IMG/VR virus record: IMGVR_UViG_3300044729_002129
Coordinates: 32,001-96,000 of that record
From: a virus
Strand: one strand, 5' to 3'
Length of the DNA stretch: 64,000 nt
Shown one piece after another: positions 9,746 through 19,093 of this stretch. The notes beneath the pieces were generated by a model. That model did not search any database. It was not told where the DNA came from and saw only the letters and a list, made by a program, of their open reading frames with translations. Every line of letters begins with the position of its first letter. Within the stretch, counting starts at the first letter, position 1. Position numbers and translations under genes: made by a program.

Positions 9746-10401
9746 AACTTTACTACATGTACGATTCGATGGTTGTTGATATGAAAAATATGTTCGTAGA
9801 TAACATTAAAGATCCATTTGAATTAATTGAAATAGAAATAAACACCCCAGAATTTAATGAAAACACAGATCAAACGCTTAAATTTGGCGGTGGTATAGAT
9901 GTGTGGAAATCACGGGTAAATAACATTCTGAATATAATAAAAGAAAGTCCTAATAATGAACATTTCATCTTTTCAGATATCGATATTATTTTCTATAAAC
10001 CAGTAATGCCTAAGTTATACGAACTAATTGAAAATAAAGATGTTTTATTTTTGAGAGAGTTGTTCGAAGGAATTCACGAATGGCAAGGAGGAAATATTAA
10101 TTTTGGATTTAATATTATCAAAGCCAATGAAAAAACATACAACTTTTTTGACAAAGTTAGAGTTGAATTAGAAAGAACAAATGGCTGGGAACAGATGATA
10201 ATTAATAAATTTTTATACAGCCCCAACGATTTTAATTTGAATTGGGATTTATTGCCTCCAACCTTTTTATCTACATCTGTTGGTTTACATAATATTACAA
10301 AAGACATTTTGATGTATCACGCAAATTGTGCTGTGACAAAAGAATCAAAATATAACTTAATTAATCAAGTTAATGAGATTGTTCAAAAAATTTGTGCATA
10401 G
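9742..10401 (+). CDS. Nucleotide-diphospho-sugar transferase (GT77-like)
   Basis: FIFSDIDIIFYK, INFGF, WEQ..IN, YHAN. Confidence 0.75.
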   Translation: MKLYYMYDSMVVDMKNMFVDNIKDPFELIEIEINTPEFNENTDQTLKFGGGIDVWKSRVNNILNIIKESPNNEHFIFSDIDIIFYKPVMPKLYELIENKDVLFLRELFEGIHEWQGGNINFGFNIIKANEKTYNFFDKVRVELERTNGWEQMIINKFLYSPNDFNLNWDLLPPTFLSTSVGLHNITKDILMYHANCAVTKESKYNLINQVNEIVQKICA

Positions 10402-11464
10402 ACTGACCGATCACTTGATGCATATCATAATATTTATAACAAGCTAATCTACCACCCAATATCATATTTGGGTATTCTTTTTTAGTTAAATTATTGTATG
10501 TTTCGTATAACTTATTATTAACATCGTTGTTTATTGGATAGTACTTCTCTTTTTCTATAGACCAACTATCAGGCATTTCTTTAGTTATGATAGTAGATCT
10601 AACATTAACATTTTCAAAATGTTTGTGTTCGATAATACGTGTGTATGGAATATGTTCCTCTGTATAGTTTACCAAAGCGTTACCTTGATAATCTTCTATA
10701 TCCAATTTTTCATGTTCAAATTTTAAACTTCTATAACCCAATGTTCCATTACTATAATTGAATAGTTCGTCAATGGCTCCTGTATAAACTATATATTTAG
10801 CTTTAGATATCCAATAATCTTTATCTTTATTAAAATCTACATCTCGTTCTATAGGAATATCCAGAATCATATTTTTTATTAAATTTGTATATCCACCTAT
10901 AGGTATTCCTTGATAACAATCATTAAAGTAGTTATCATCATAAGTTAATCTAATAGGAAGTCTCTTTATAATAAACGTCGGTAAATCTCTGGGATCAGTA
11001 CCCCATTGTTTTTTAGTATATCCATATATGAATGTTTGATACAACTCTTCACCAACTTGACTCAATATCCATTCTTCTAAATTTGATGGGTTATTTATTT
11101 TGACTTTTACACTATCTAATTTGACTCTGGCTTGTTCTGGAGTACTCACACCCCACATTTGGTATAAAGTAAACAAGTTAATAGGGAAAGAATAGATTTT
11201 ATTTGCATACTTTACTTTTGGTCTGTTAACGAAATTATTAAAAGTAGCAAACTTATTTACATAATCCCATATTTCCTTATTTGATGTATGAAAGGTATGA
11301 GGACCATACATATGCATATTTATACCATCTCTATTCTCAGTATATATGTTTCCTCCTATATGATTTCTTTTTTCAAGTATTAAACACGATTTACCAGCCG
11401 ATTTAGCTAAATTAGCAAATGTGGCTCCGAATAATCCAGATCCAACTATTAAATAATCATACAT
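10370..11464 (-). CDS. glf: UDP-galactopyranose mutase
   Basis: YDYLIVGSGLFG, HIGGNIY, HMYGPHTFHT, GYTKKQWG, YQGIPIGGYT, YTRIIEHKHF, GRLACYKYYDMHQ. Confidence 0.97.
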   Translation of the reverse strand: MYDYLIVGSGLFGATFANLAKSAGKSCLILEKRNHIGGNIYTENRDGINMHMYGPHTFHTSNKEIWDYVNKFATFNNFVNRPKVKYANKIYSFPINLFTLYQMWGVSTPEQARVKLDSVKVKINNPSNLEEWILSQVGEELYQTFIYGYTKKQWGTDPRDLPTFIIKRLPIRLTYDDNYFNDCYQGIPIGGYTNLIKNMILDIPIERDVDFNKDKDYWISKAKYIVYTGAIDELFNYSNGTLGYRSLKFEHEKLDIEDYQGNALVNYTEEHIPYTRIIEHKHFENVNVRSTIITKEMPDSWSIEKEKYYPINNDVNNKLYETYNNLTKKEYPNMILGGRLACYKYYDMHQVIGQSMHKFFEQSH

Positions 11465-12188
11465 AACTATAATTTATTACATCACTATATTGTTTAACTT
11501 TATACGCCGCAAAATTGTGATACTTAAACATTTCTTCGTTATAATTCATACCACAAACTCCTATATGATTAACTCTTGATTCTTGCGGTGTTACTATATT
11601 ATATGAATCTTTGCAATTTTTAACAACTAACCAATCAAACGATGTACTCTTATCCCAATATTTCAAATATCTATCCCAAAGATGTTTAGTTGCTAAGAAT
11701 CCCCATGGTGTAAAATAATCCATATCTTGCATATCTAATCTCTTGAAATTTCTTTTAACTTCTATCAAATCAGATCTTGTGGGAATGGTCTCAACAATAT
11801 TGTCTTTGTTCAAATAACATAATATATTTTTATCCTGATACTGGTCAGAATTTATATAAAAATTTGTAAGATCATATATATCATTTGAAATCTCAACATC
11901 ATCCTCAAGATAAATTACACGTTCCAATCCCAAATGTTCAAAACAATAATTTAAACAATTGTATTGATTAAGATATGTTTTAAAATCGTAAGTGTTGATG
12001 TGTAAATCTACATTTTCATATTTTTTCAAATCATCGACGATTGACATATCTAATATAGATTTTTCATAAAAAAATACAAATTTTATTTTGTCAAAACTTC
12101 TAAGATTTTTACAACAATTTAAAAAGACTTTGTGATACTCAACTCTGTGATTTTGTCCTAAATAAATTGGAGAAACAATAGTAATCAT
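11457..12188 (-). CDS. Putative GT-A glycosyltransferase (GnT-I/GT13-like motifs)
   Basis: RVEY, VIYLEDDVEIS, FTPWGF, SFDW, PQESRVNHIG..G. Confidence 0.6.
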   Translation of the reverse strand: MITIVSPIYLGQNHRVEYHKVFLNCCKNLRSFDKIKFVFFYEKSILDMSIVDDLKKYENVDLHINTYDFKTYLNQYNCLNYCFEHLGLERVIYLEDDVEISNDIYDLTNFYINSDQYQDKNILCYLNKDNIVETIPTRSDLIEVKRNFKRLDMQDMDYFTPWGFLATKHLWDRYLKYWDKSTSFDWLVVKNCKDSYNIVTPQESRVNHIGVCGMNYNEEMFKYHNFAAYKVKQYSDVINYSYV

Positions 12189-12210
12189 TTAGTATATATA
12201 TAATGAAATG
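12186..12210. promoter_or_regulatory. Putative bidirectional TATATATA element between divergent starts
   Basis: CAT-TTAGTATATATATAATGAA-ATG; 19-bp spacer. Confidence 0.4.
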
Positions 12211-13026
12211 AAATTAATTACTTTTATAAATCACGCATATATCGGCATAGCACATAATTTGTATTTGCAATTAAAAAGATTTAATCTACATGCCGATTTA
12301 ATAATTTATACGCCGAGTGATATAACAATCGACGATCTTTTAAAATTAAATCTAGAATGTGAAATAAAAAAATATACACCGGTCTTATTTAATGATTATT
12401 ATAATTCTAATTTACATTCAGACGAACTTTCTAAATGTGGTCATGGAAACAATTCCTATTCTACATTGCAATTTTTGAAACACGATTGTTTTTACCAAAC
12501 ATTAGAAAAAAATGAATATGTATGTTTGTTAGATGCGGACGTATTGATTTTTTCTAATTTTGTAGAGAATCTTAAAGCTTTAATGTATGAAAAATACAAA
12601 TTCGGACATTGTACAACAAGCTTATTTGCATTCAAATATTATTTGAACATAAATGTGTGTGTTGATATTAATTCTCCAAATCTTTATCACTGGATCGGTA
12701 AACATTCCATGATTAATACTGGATTTATGGCAAGTTATCAATCAAAACAATCTCTCGCTATAATAAAAAAATATTGTGAATTATTTATACCACATATTGG
12801 TAAAAATAGTGGTAATCTCGACGAACATATTTTAACAAAATACTTTTCCGAACAAAATATTAATATCTGTTCAGTACCAGATTATATACACACTTTAAGT
12901 AATTGTGGTTACATTTATACGCCATACGAAATTAAAAAATTAAAATGTGATACATTTCATCCAACGTTTGTAACAAGTGATAAAGTTGACTTTATAAAAG
13001 AGTGTGGTTATTGGTATGTAGAATAA
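12208..13026 (+). CDS. Nucleotide-diphospho-sugar transferase (GT77-like)
   Basis: ITFINHAY....NL, LLDADVLIF, INTGFM, LDEH, FHPTF...KVDFIKECGYW. Confidence 0.7.
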   Translation: MKLITFINHAYIGIAHNLYLQLKRFNLHADLIIYTPSDITIDDLLKLNLECEIKKYTPVLFNDYYNSNLHSDELSKCGHGNNSYSTLQFLKHDCFYQTLEKNEYVCLLDADVLIFSNFVENLKALMYEKYKFGHCTTSLFAFKYYLNINVCVDINSPNLYHWIGKHSMINTGFMASYQSKQSLAIIKKYCELFIPHIGKNSGNLDEHILTKYFSEQNINICSVPDYIHTLSNCGYIYTPYEIKKLKCDTFHPTFVTSDKVDFIKECGYWYVE

Positions 13027-13574
13027 TCCCAAATTATAGGCCATAAACGTTCATAAGCCCACGGAGATGTATCAATATAATTATTAAAAATTGAATAACA
13101 ATATTTCCACCAATCTAAAGATTTATTTAAGATAAATTTTTTTGGTACCACATATTGTGCGCCTGGAGAAAATGTAAAAGTTTTGGTTTGATCAAATTTT
13201 AAATCAAAAAGTTTATCACACAACTCTAATAAAGGCAATGGTATGGATCCAGGCCCCCCTTGATAATCCTTAGTAACCGGACCCCAATTAGAACATAACC
13301 ATTTAATTTCTTGATCAGTGATGTTATTAACTTTATGTAAAACATCATGACAATGATCAAATGGATTTCCTTGTAAAAAGATTAATGTGTTATCTAAACA
13401 ATCATAGTTTTCTATTATATGATGTAAATACGTGTCTGCCTCTCTACCTACATTTGTTAATGTAGTATTTGAATACATCAAATCAACACTTCCTTTGCTA
13501 TAAACAATATAATTACAACCAATATTATTCAACCAAGATATATTTTCATTATAATGAGCGACTACCACTTTCAT
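13008..13574 (-). CDS. DUF3431-like protein
   Basis: VVVAHYNENISWL, VYSKG, NVGREADTYLHHIIENYD, FLQGNPFDH, GAQYVV, YERLWP. Confidence 0.85.
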   Translation of the reverse strand: MKVVVAHYNENISWLNNIGCNYIVYSKGSVDLMYSNTTLTNVGREADTYLHHIIENYDCLDNTLIFLQGNPFDHCHDVLHKVNNITDQEIKWLCSNWGPVTKDYQGGPGSIPLPLLELCDKLFDLKFDQTKTFTFSPGAQYVVPKKFILNKSLDWWKYCYSIFNNYIDTSPWAYERLWPIIWDYSTYQ

Positions 13575-14221
13575 AACGCTTTTATAGCAGTTTCATATTT
13601 TTTATAGAATAAGTGTTTATTATTTTCGTTTTCACGATACGAAGCTCCATAAAACATAATTTCTGTGCAAACATACGTGTTAAAATGTGGATATATATCA
13701 TCATTTAAAAACCAATCCATCGGAAAAATACAATTTTCAATTGCATTCATCAATAGATTTACCGTGTTTGGTTTAAAAGCAACAATATGTGATCCGCATA
13801 TTCTTTCACTTTTGTCTATTTTGTAGTATAAAAGACCAGTATCTATTTTTAAAGATGTATATTCATGGTATCCTAAATTCAGGATATCCCAATCATTTGG
13901 TAATTTATCAAAAAAGTTTGTCAATTTTGATTGATATGCATCATCAAAAAATACGTCATCCTCCATGATACAAAACGTTTCTGATTTTAAAAAAGATTCT
14001 TTTAACAATATAGATTCGATTGCACTTATACAACTCTGTACACCTTCTGTATTGTTTGTTTTTGTATAATCTTGTTTAAAATATTTTTTCTTTGGGCCTA
14101 TTACTAATTCAAATTCTATCTGTTCTTTTTCAAAGAACGACAATAAATCATATAATCTATTTTGACTGGCATAGGAAGAAATTACATATATCTTGCTAAA
14201 GTATTTGTTTAAAATATTCAT
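13571..14221 (-). CDS. Glycosyltransferase family 25-like
   Basis: FSKIYVIS...R, GVQSCISA, IMEDDVFF, LPNDWDILNLG, GSH, PMDW. Confidence 0.72.
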   Translation of the reverse strand: MNILNKYFSKIYVISSYASQNRLYDLLSFFEKEQIEFELVIGPKKKYFKQDYTKTNNTEGVQSCISAIESILLKESFLKSETFCIMEDDVFFDDAYQSKLTNFFDKLPNDWDILNLGYHEYTSLKIDTGLLYYKIDKSERICGSHIVAFKPNTVNLLMNAIENCIFPMDWFLNDDIYPHFNTYVCTEIMFYGASYRENENNKHLFYKKYETAIKAL

Positions 14222-15153
14222 GCTAAAATAACAGCTTGGTTTTTTATTTTATATTCAAATTCATCTTTACTTATTCTTATATTAACACAGCTACAGTCGT
14301 TTAATCCGCTAAAAATGTTTAACTGGGATTCTTTTATAACAACATTCATGGGAAATATAACTTCGTATTTCACAACTGGTTGACACTCAACATTTCTCCA
14401 CTCCCATAAACTAGTCAATAAAGATGCATCGGTATACTCTTTTTTAGCCTCAAAGAATGGTTCTATATAATATCCTATTGGTTCTATGTTATCATTTAAT
14501 CTCATCAAACCAACAAAATATTTATAATACAAATGGTCCAAAGTTATATAGCTATGAAACAACAAATACTTCTTACCACTTACTTCAAATATGTTTGTAC
14601 TTAATCCAGGTGTACCATATTTTGAAATCCAAGGATCCCAATTAATTTGTTTTTTATATGTTATATCCTCAGACATATCCATCAATGTATATGGATTTAC
14701 ATGATAAATAATTTTGTCATTATAAAATTGCCAATGTTTTTCAAAATGAGCATTTTGTGTTTTAAAGTGAGTTAACTCTTTTGTGGTTAAATTATACTTT
14801 TTATATTCTACATTTATTATTTTAACCAAATCGTTTTTATCTCGTTTACAACAACACACGCTTATTTCATTATCATTTATAAATCTAGCATCTTCATAAG
14901 ACCATAAAAAGTTTTCATCTATATAGTGTTGCAATAAAACATTATCTTGATCATCTACTATATCACTTACAAGTATCTTATTATTAAATATAGACTCTCT
15001 ACGAAATATAGTTTTGGTCACATGTAATGTTTTATGAATGTTACCTCGGATTTGTGTGACATCACCCTCAAAATATGATGGATTAAAATAATTATTTAAT
15101 CTATTGAATTTTTTTAAAATTTGAACTTCTAAATTTTTTAAATCAAACATCAT
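14218..15153 (-). CDS. Beta-propeller glycoside hydrolase/phosphorylase-like protein (GH130-like)
   Basis: YFNPS, SYEDARF, FEKHW, LLFHS, VIFPM...IFSGLND resemble GH130 FNP/EDPR/KNW/VVFP..YGAAD motifs. Confidence 0.5.
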   Translation of the reverse strand: MMFDLKNLEVQILKKFNRLNNYFNPSYFEGDVTQIRGNIHKTLHVTKTIFRRESIFNNKILVSDIVDDQDNVLLQHYIDENFLWSYEDARFINDNEISVCCCKRDKNDLVKIINVEYKKYNLTTKELTHFKTQNAHFEKHWQFYNDKIIYHVNPYTLMDMSEDITYKKQINWDPWISKYGTPGLSTNIFEVSGKKYLLFHSYITLDHLYYKYFVGLMRLNDNIEPIGYYIEPFFEAKKEYTDASLLTSLWEWRNVECQPVVKYEVIFPMNVVIKESQLNIFSGLNDCSCVNIRISKDEFEYKIKNQAVILA

Positions 15154-15184
15154 AATGAATTGTCATTAATTCTATCATTTATAA

Positions 15185-16225
15185 TTATAAAACATTGGAT
15201 AAAAATTTTCGAAATCTTATTTCTTCGTCGTCATAATTTACCAACTCTAAAAATCTATTTCTTAGATTTTCACCATATTTAATTGTATTTTCAGGCAGTA
15301 ACCAATCTCTTATCTTATTAATATTTAATTCTACATCATCTGATTCTATATCAATACATGTTACATTAGGTTCAAATAATTGTAAAGCTACGCCACCAAA
15401 GTATCGGTGTTGACTCATGTTTGTAATTATTGGTCTTCCAGAGTAACACCACCCCATGTTTGAATGACCTAATCCACCAAAATGTTTTAAACACCACCCC
15501 ATGTTAGCGTCTGTTATTTTTTGAGAAACACCTAATGTACCATCTAACATTCCATCTGGAGAATTAATACCATAATATTTAAAATTACATTCTGTGAGTT
15601 GATCTTTGTATGTGATGTAAATATCTATATATGGGGCTAAATTAACAACACTATATATATTTTTTGTATATGGATTGATCGGTGTAAATTTATACAAATT
15701 TGTATCAATCTCCTGATGTATTAAAGCCGAATTTTGATATGGATATGGTTTATACGTCACCGAATGGAAAACATCTTTAACTTCAGTCTTTTGTCCAACA
15801 TTACCGAGTTGTGATATATGTTTAGCCGTTGGTTGATATTTATCTTTTAAAATTTGAAATGTATGATCGTGTTCTTGTATAGTTGAAATTATCAAATCAA
15901 ACTTTGTATTTTTAAAAGTATCTAATGTTATCGCCTTTTGATAATACTTATGGATTGAGTCATATACATGATACACACCATCTTTACACTCAATATTATA
16001 AATGCCATACTCCGGATGCCAACGTTCTGGATATTCTATGTCATGAGTTAAAAATTGACTAACAACGGGTAACGGATCACTATAAGGTGTTGCTATTTTC
16101 CAATAACCCTCAGTAAACCAATCCATGCCGACGGGTCTATATAATTCAAACCCTAATCTTTTTTCTAACAATAGGTGCAACGAATAATACAAATCGCTGT
16201 GATGTAAATCTACAAATACTTTCAT
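15185..16225 (-). CDS. Putative glycosyltransferase (GT-B-like)
   Basis: Paralog of 16222-17229 (DLYYSL..L.EKR.G..LYRP, FD.IISTI, G.P.I.N, .V.CIDI); GT-B-like C-terminus. Confidence 0.5.
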   Translation of the reverse strand: MKVFVDLHHSDLYYSLHLLLEKRLGFELYRPVGMDWFTEGYWKIATPYSDPLPVVSQFLTHDIEYPERWHPEYGIYNIECKDGVYHVYDSIHKYYQKAITLDTFKNTKFDLIISTIQEHDHTFQILKDKYQPTAKHISQLGNVGQKTEVKDVFHSVTYKPYPYQNSALIHQEIDTNLYKFTPINPYTKNIYSVVNLAPYIDIYITYKDQLTECNFKYYGINSPDGMLDGTLGVSQKITDANMGWCLKHFGGLGHSNMGWCYSGRPIITNMSQHRYFGGVALQLFEPNVTCIDIESDDVELNINKIRDWLLPENTIKYGENLRNRFLELVNYDDEEIRFRKFLSNVL

Positions 16226-17229
16226 AATTTATTTATCCAATTTTTAATTTTTTCTGATTCTTCGTCAAAATTAATTTTTTCTTTTGTATATTTTAATCCT
16301 GATTCACATTTATTTTTATAAACATCGTCCTTACTCCATTCTCTAATTATCTCAATATTTTCTTCAAATGATCGTAAATTTGGATCTATATCTATGCAAT
16401 TTACACCATCTTTTAAATACTCCAAAGCTAATGTATTATATATTCTACAATATTGTTTATTAACAATCAATGGTTTTCCACAAAATAAAGCTTGTCTACC
16501 TGTATATCCACAACATCCAAGAAACTTTGTATGCCAAAAAAACATTGAATTCTGAATATTTTTAGGAAAATCGTGCCAGTATGAATTTTTATATTCAAAT
16601 TCAAAATCAGTAAGAACAGACTCATACTTTTTCCATATATCATAAATCTCTTGGGATCCCTGATAACCCGTTGGATGTAAATAATTTTTTGAACCTTGTA
16701 TGATTTTATCAGATTTTATATTGGGATCATAAAAAAAACGATCTCCGTGTTCTGGATGATGTCTAATGTAATTTATATCGCTTCCAAATTGTGTTAATAT
16801 ACCCGCAATAACATTTGTTGCAACAGATGGTTGTTCTGTAATATTAGCTATATGTCTAATATAAATAGAATTCGGGTGATAACTTTTATGTAAATTATAA
16901 AAAGGAATTTCGTTTTGCCATATTGTAGATATTATAATGTCAAATTTAATTGATTTAAATTTTTGAAATGAAATTAATCTATGGTAAGAATCGTCAAATA
17001 TATTATGTAGTAAAGTATGATCTTCATATTCAATCGTTTTAACAAATTCATATTGTGTTTTACCATATAATACGTGTTCTGGTAAATGATTTACATGATA
17101 TATATTTTTATCGGTCCACGATTCATCTCCATTAGGCCTATACAATTTATAACCAAACCTTTTTTCAAAAAGTTTATATAAACTATAATATAAATCTAAA
17201 TGGCCCACAAAATCAATAAACACATTCAT
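16222..17229 (-). CDS. Putative glycosyltransferase (GT-B-like)
   Basis: Paralog of 15185-16225; WHTKFLGCCGYTGRQALFCGKPLIV is a GT-B C-terminal-type motif. Confidence 0.5.
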   Translation of the reverse strand: MNVFIDFVGHLDLYYSLYKLFEKRFGYKLYRPNGDESWTDKNIYHVNHLPEHVLYGKTQYEFVKTIEYEDHTLLHNIFDDSYHRLISFQKFKSIKFDIIISTIWQNEIPFYNLHKSYHPNSIYIRHIANITEQPSVATNVIAGILTQFGSDINYIRHHPEHGDRFFYDPNIKSDKIIQGSKNYLHPTGYQGSQEIYDIWKKYESVLTDFEFEYKNSYWHDFPKNIQNSMFFWHTKFLGCCGYTGRQALFCGKPLIVNKQYCRIYNTLALEYLKDGVNCIDIDPNLRSFEENIEIIREWSKDDVYKNKCESGLKYTKEKINFDEESEKIKNWINKL

Positions 17230-17231
17230 AA

Positions 17232-17699
17232 TTATATTTTTCTTACATGTCTTGCCGGATTTCCATAGGCAAGATAGTTATCTTTTATATTTTTAGTGAC
17301 TACTGATCCTGCTCCTATCATACAATTAGTTCCCAACACAACCCCACACACAATTGTTGAATTAGCACATATACTAGAACCTTTTTTGATTAGTGTTTTT
17401 TTGAATCTATCGGACCAATCACCCAATGCTCTTGGAAAATTATCATTTGTTGTAATTACATTTGGACCTATAAAAACATTATCTTCAATTTCAACTCCGT
17501 CATATATCAAACTATGATTTTGTATTTTACAATTATTTCCGATTTTTACACTTGGTCCGATATATACACCCTCACCAATTGTACAATTTTCACCAATAAT
17601 AGCATTTTTACAAATGTGTGTATATGCCCATATTTTGGTATTTTGACCAATATTAGTTAATTCGGTATCTATTATAGCAGTTGGGTGTATTTTAATCAT
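17232..17699 (-). CDS. Hexapeptide-repeat (LbH) sugar N-acetyltransferase, WbpD/WxcM-like
   Basis: IHPTAIID, IGENCTIGEGVYIG, VFIGPNVITTND..PR, MIGAGSVVTK, GNPAR. Confidence 0.92.
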   Translation of the reverse strand: MIKIHPTAIIDTELTNIGQNTKIWAYTHICKNAIIGENCTIGEGVYIGPSVKIGNNCKIQNHSLIYDGVEIEDNVFIGPNVITTNDNFPRALGDWSDRFKKTLIKKGSSICANSTIVCGVVLGTNCMIGAGSVVTKNIKDNYLAYGNPARHVRKI

Positions 17700-18724
17700 A
17701 AACTATTGAAAAAGTCTTTCCAAAGATACATATTTTGTTCTGCGGAAAATAATTTTTTTCCCAACGATATTTCTTTGATAGACATTTCCTCGTTTAATTT
17801 TCTATCATCAATTAATATTTGTAATTTATTTTTAATATCTGTAACATCGTCTCCATAAAATCCTTCGATTTCATCTAATATATAAGGTACTTCAAATGGA
17901 TATTTTGATACAATTGATTGTGAAAGGTTTTTTCCCATAGAAACTATTGGTATGCCTGTCATCAATGCTTCTACAAAACTTAGTGTATATTGAGCCGGAA
18001 ATGTACCTGTAAAGAAATAACAAGAATTAGTAGATAGTTGTATTAACTGATCTTCATAACTCAATCTACCTCCCCAAAATTTATATTCATGATTCTCCGG
18101 ACCAAAAATTGTAAATGGAAGTTCTTTTGATAGACTTTCTATTAACTCCGATCCACACCAAGATCCTCTTTTTTTAACACTTTGGCCAAATGTTATTACT
18201 TGATCATGTAATATGTTTCTTGGTTTAAAATCACATTCATATTTTAAAAATCGTATAATACCATGTTCACCGGCATAATTTTCAATTTCTCGTTCCATCG
18301 GAGAACAACGTAAAACCTTTAATCCCTCTTTCACATATTTTTGTATACGTAGTTCTGTATCTCCTAAGTTTAGGAATGTTCTTAATACAACAATTTTATT
18401 TTTTATAACTTTCCAGTTAATATCCAACCATTCTAGATTATGCATGACATAAATAATATCATAGTCATCAACAACTTCTTTATTTAAAGTATATGAACAC
18501 TTTTCTAAGGGTATTCCGTTCCTCTTATTAATTTCAAATAATCCGTGAATCTTATGTTCTCTATCTTTATTTGAATCAATCATTAATGGAGGTCTAGTAT
18601 CTACGTGTGGAGATTTAGGATTTATATAACCCCCTATCGATGTAACATCATAACCTAAATCATTTAGTATTCTTAATTCATCGTACTCTAAAACAGCATG
18701 ACATGATAAATATAATATTTTCAT
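17696..18724 (-). CDS. Putative glycosyltransferase (GT-B)
   Basis: C-terminal PAQYTLSFVEALMTGIPIVS is a GT-B motif. Confidence 0.65.
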   Translation of the reverse strand: MKILYLSCHAVLEYDELRILNDLGYDVTSIGGYINPKSPHVDTRPPLMIDSNKDREHKIHGLFEINKRNGIPLEKCSYTLNKEVVDDYDIIYVMHNLEWLDINWKVIKNKIVVLRTFLNLGDTELRIQKYVKEGLKVLRCSPMEREIENYAGEHGIIRFLKYECDFKPRNILHDQVITFGQSVKKRGSWCGSELIESLSKELPFTIFGPENHEYKFWGGRLSYEDQLIQLSTNSCYFFTGTFPAQYTLSFVEALMTGIPIVSMGKNLSQSIVSKYPFEVPYILDEIEGFYGDDVTDIKNKLQILIDDRKLNEEMSIKEISLGKKLFSAEQNMYLWKDFFNSL

Positions 18725-18730
18725 AATTTT

Positions 18731-19093
18731 TTAAAAAATCACATCCTCTTCTACTTTTATACCAACCAACATAACGCCGAGTGATCGTGAATCGTTATTG
18801 ACTTCATATGGAAGTTCTAATTTAAACTTAAAGTCAGTTTTGTCAGACATTTTAATTTTTACCACATTTAAACACTCAGTATTCAAGTCAATAGACTTAT
18901 CTTCATATATTAACTTATTTTTAATATTTGACATTATACTGAGTGTAATATAATCAATGTTATTGACAACGCCACTAAATTCTTGTGCGGTCCACATCCA
19001 CTTAGTAAGTCGATCATTTTCAATCGAATAAACTCCATCAATCAATTTAAATTGTTTTTGTGTATTATCCAATGTATTATAACTTATCTTCAT
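18731..19093 (-). CDS. Hypothetical beta-sandwich protein
   Basis: GVYSIE...KWMWT and DSRSLGV motifs seen in small domains associated with glycan genes; coupled ORF. Confidence 0.55.
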   Translation of the reverse strand: MKISYNTLDNTQKQFKLIDGVYSIENDRLTKWMWTAQEFSGVVNNIDYITLSIMSNIKNKLIYEDKSIDLNTECLNVVKIKMSDKTDFKFKLELPYEVNNDSRSLGVMLVGIKVEEDVIF

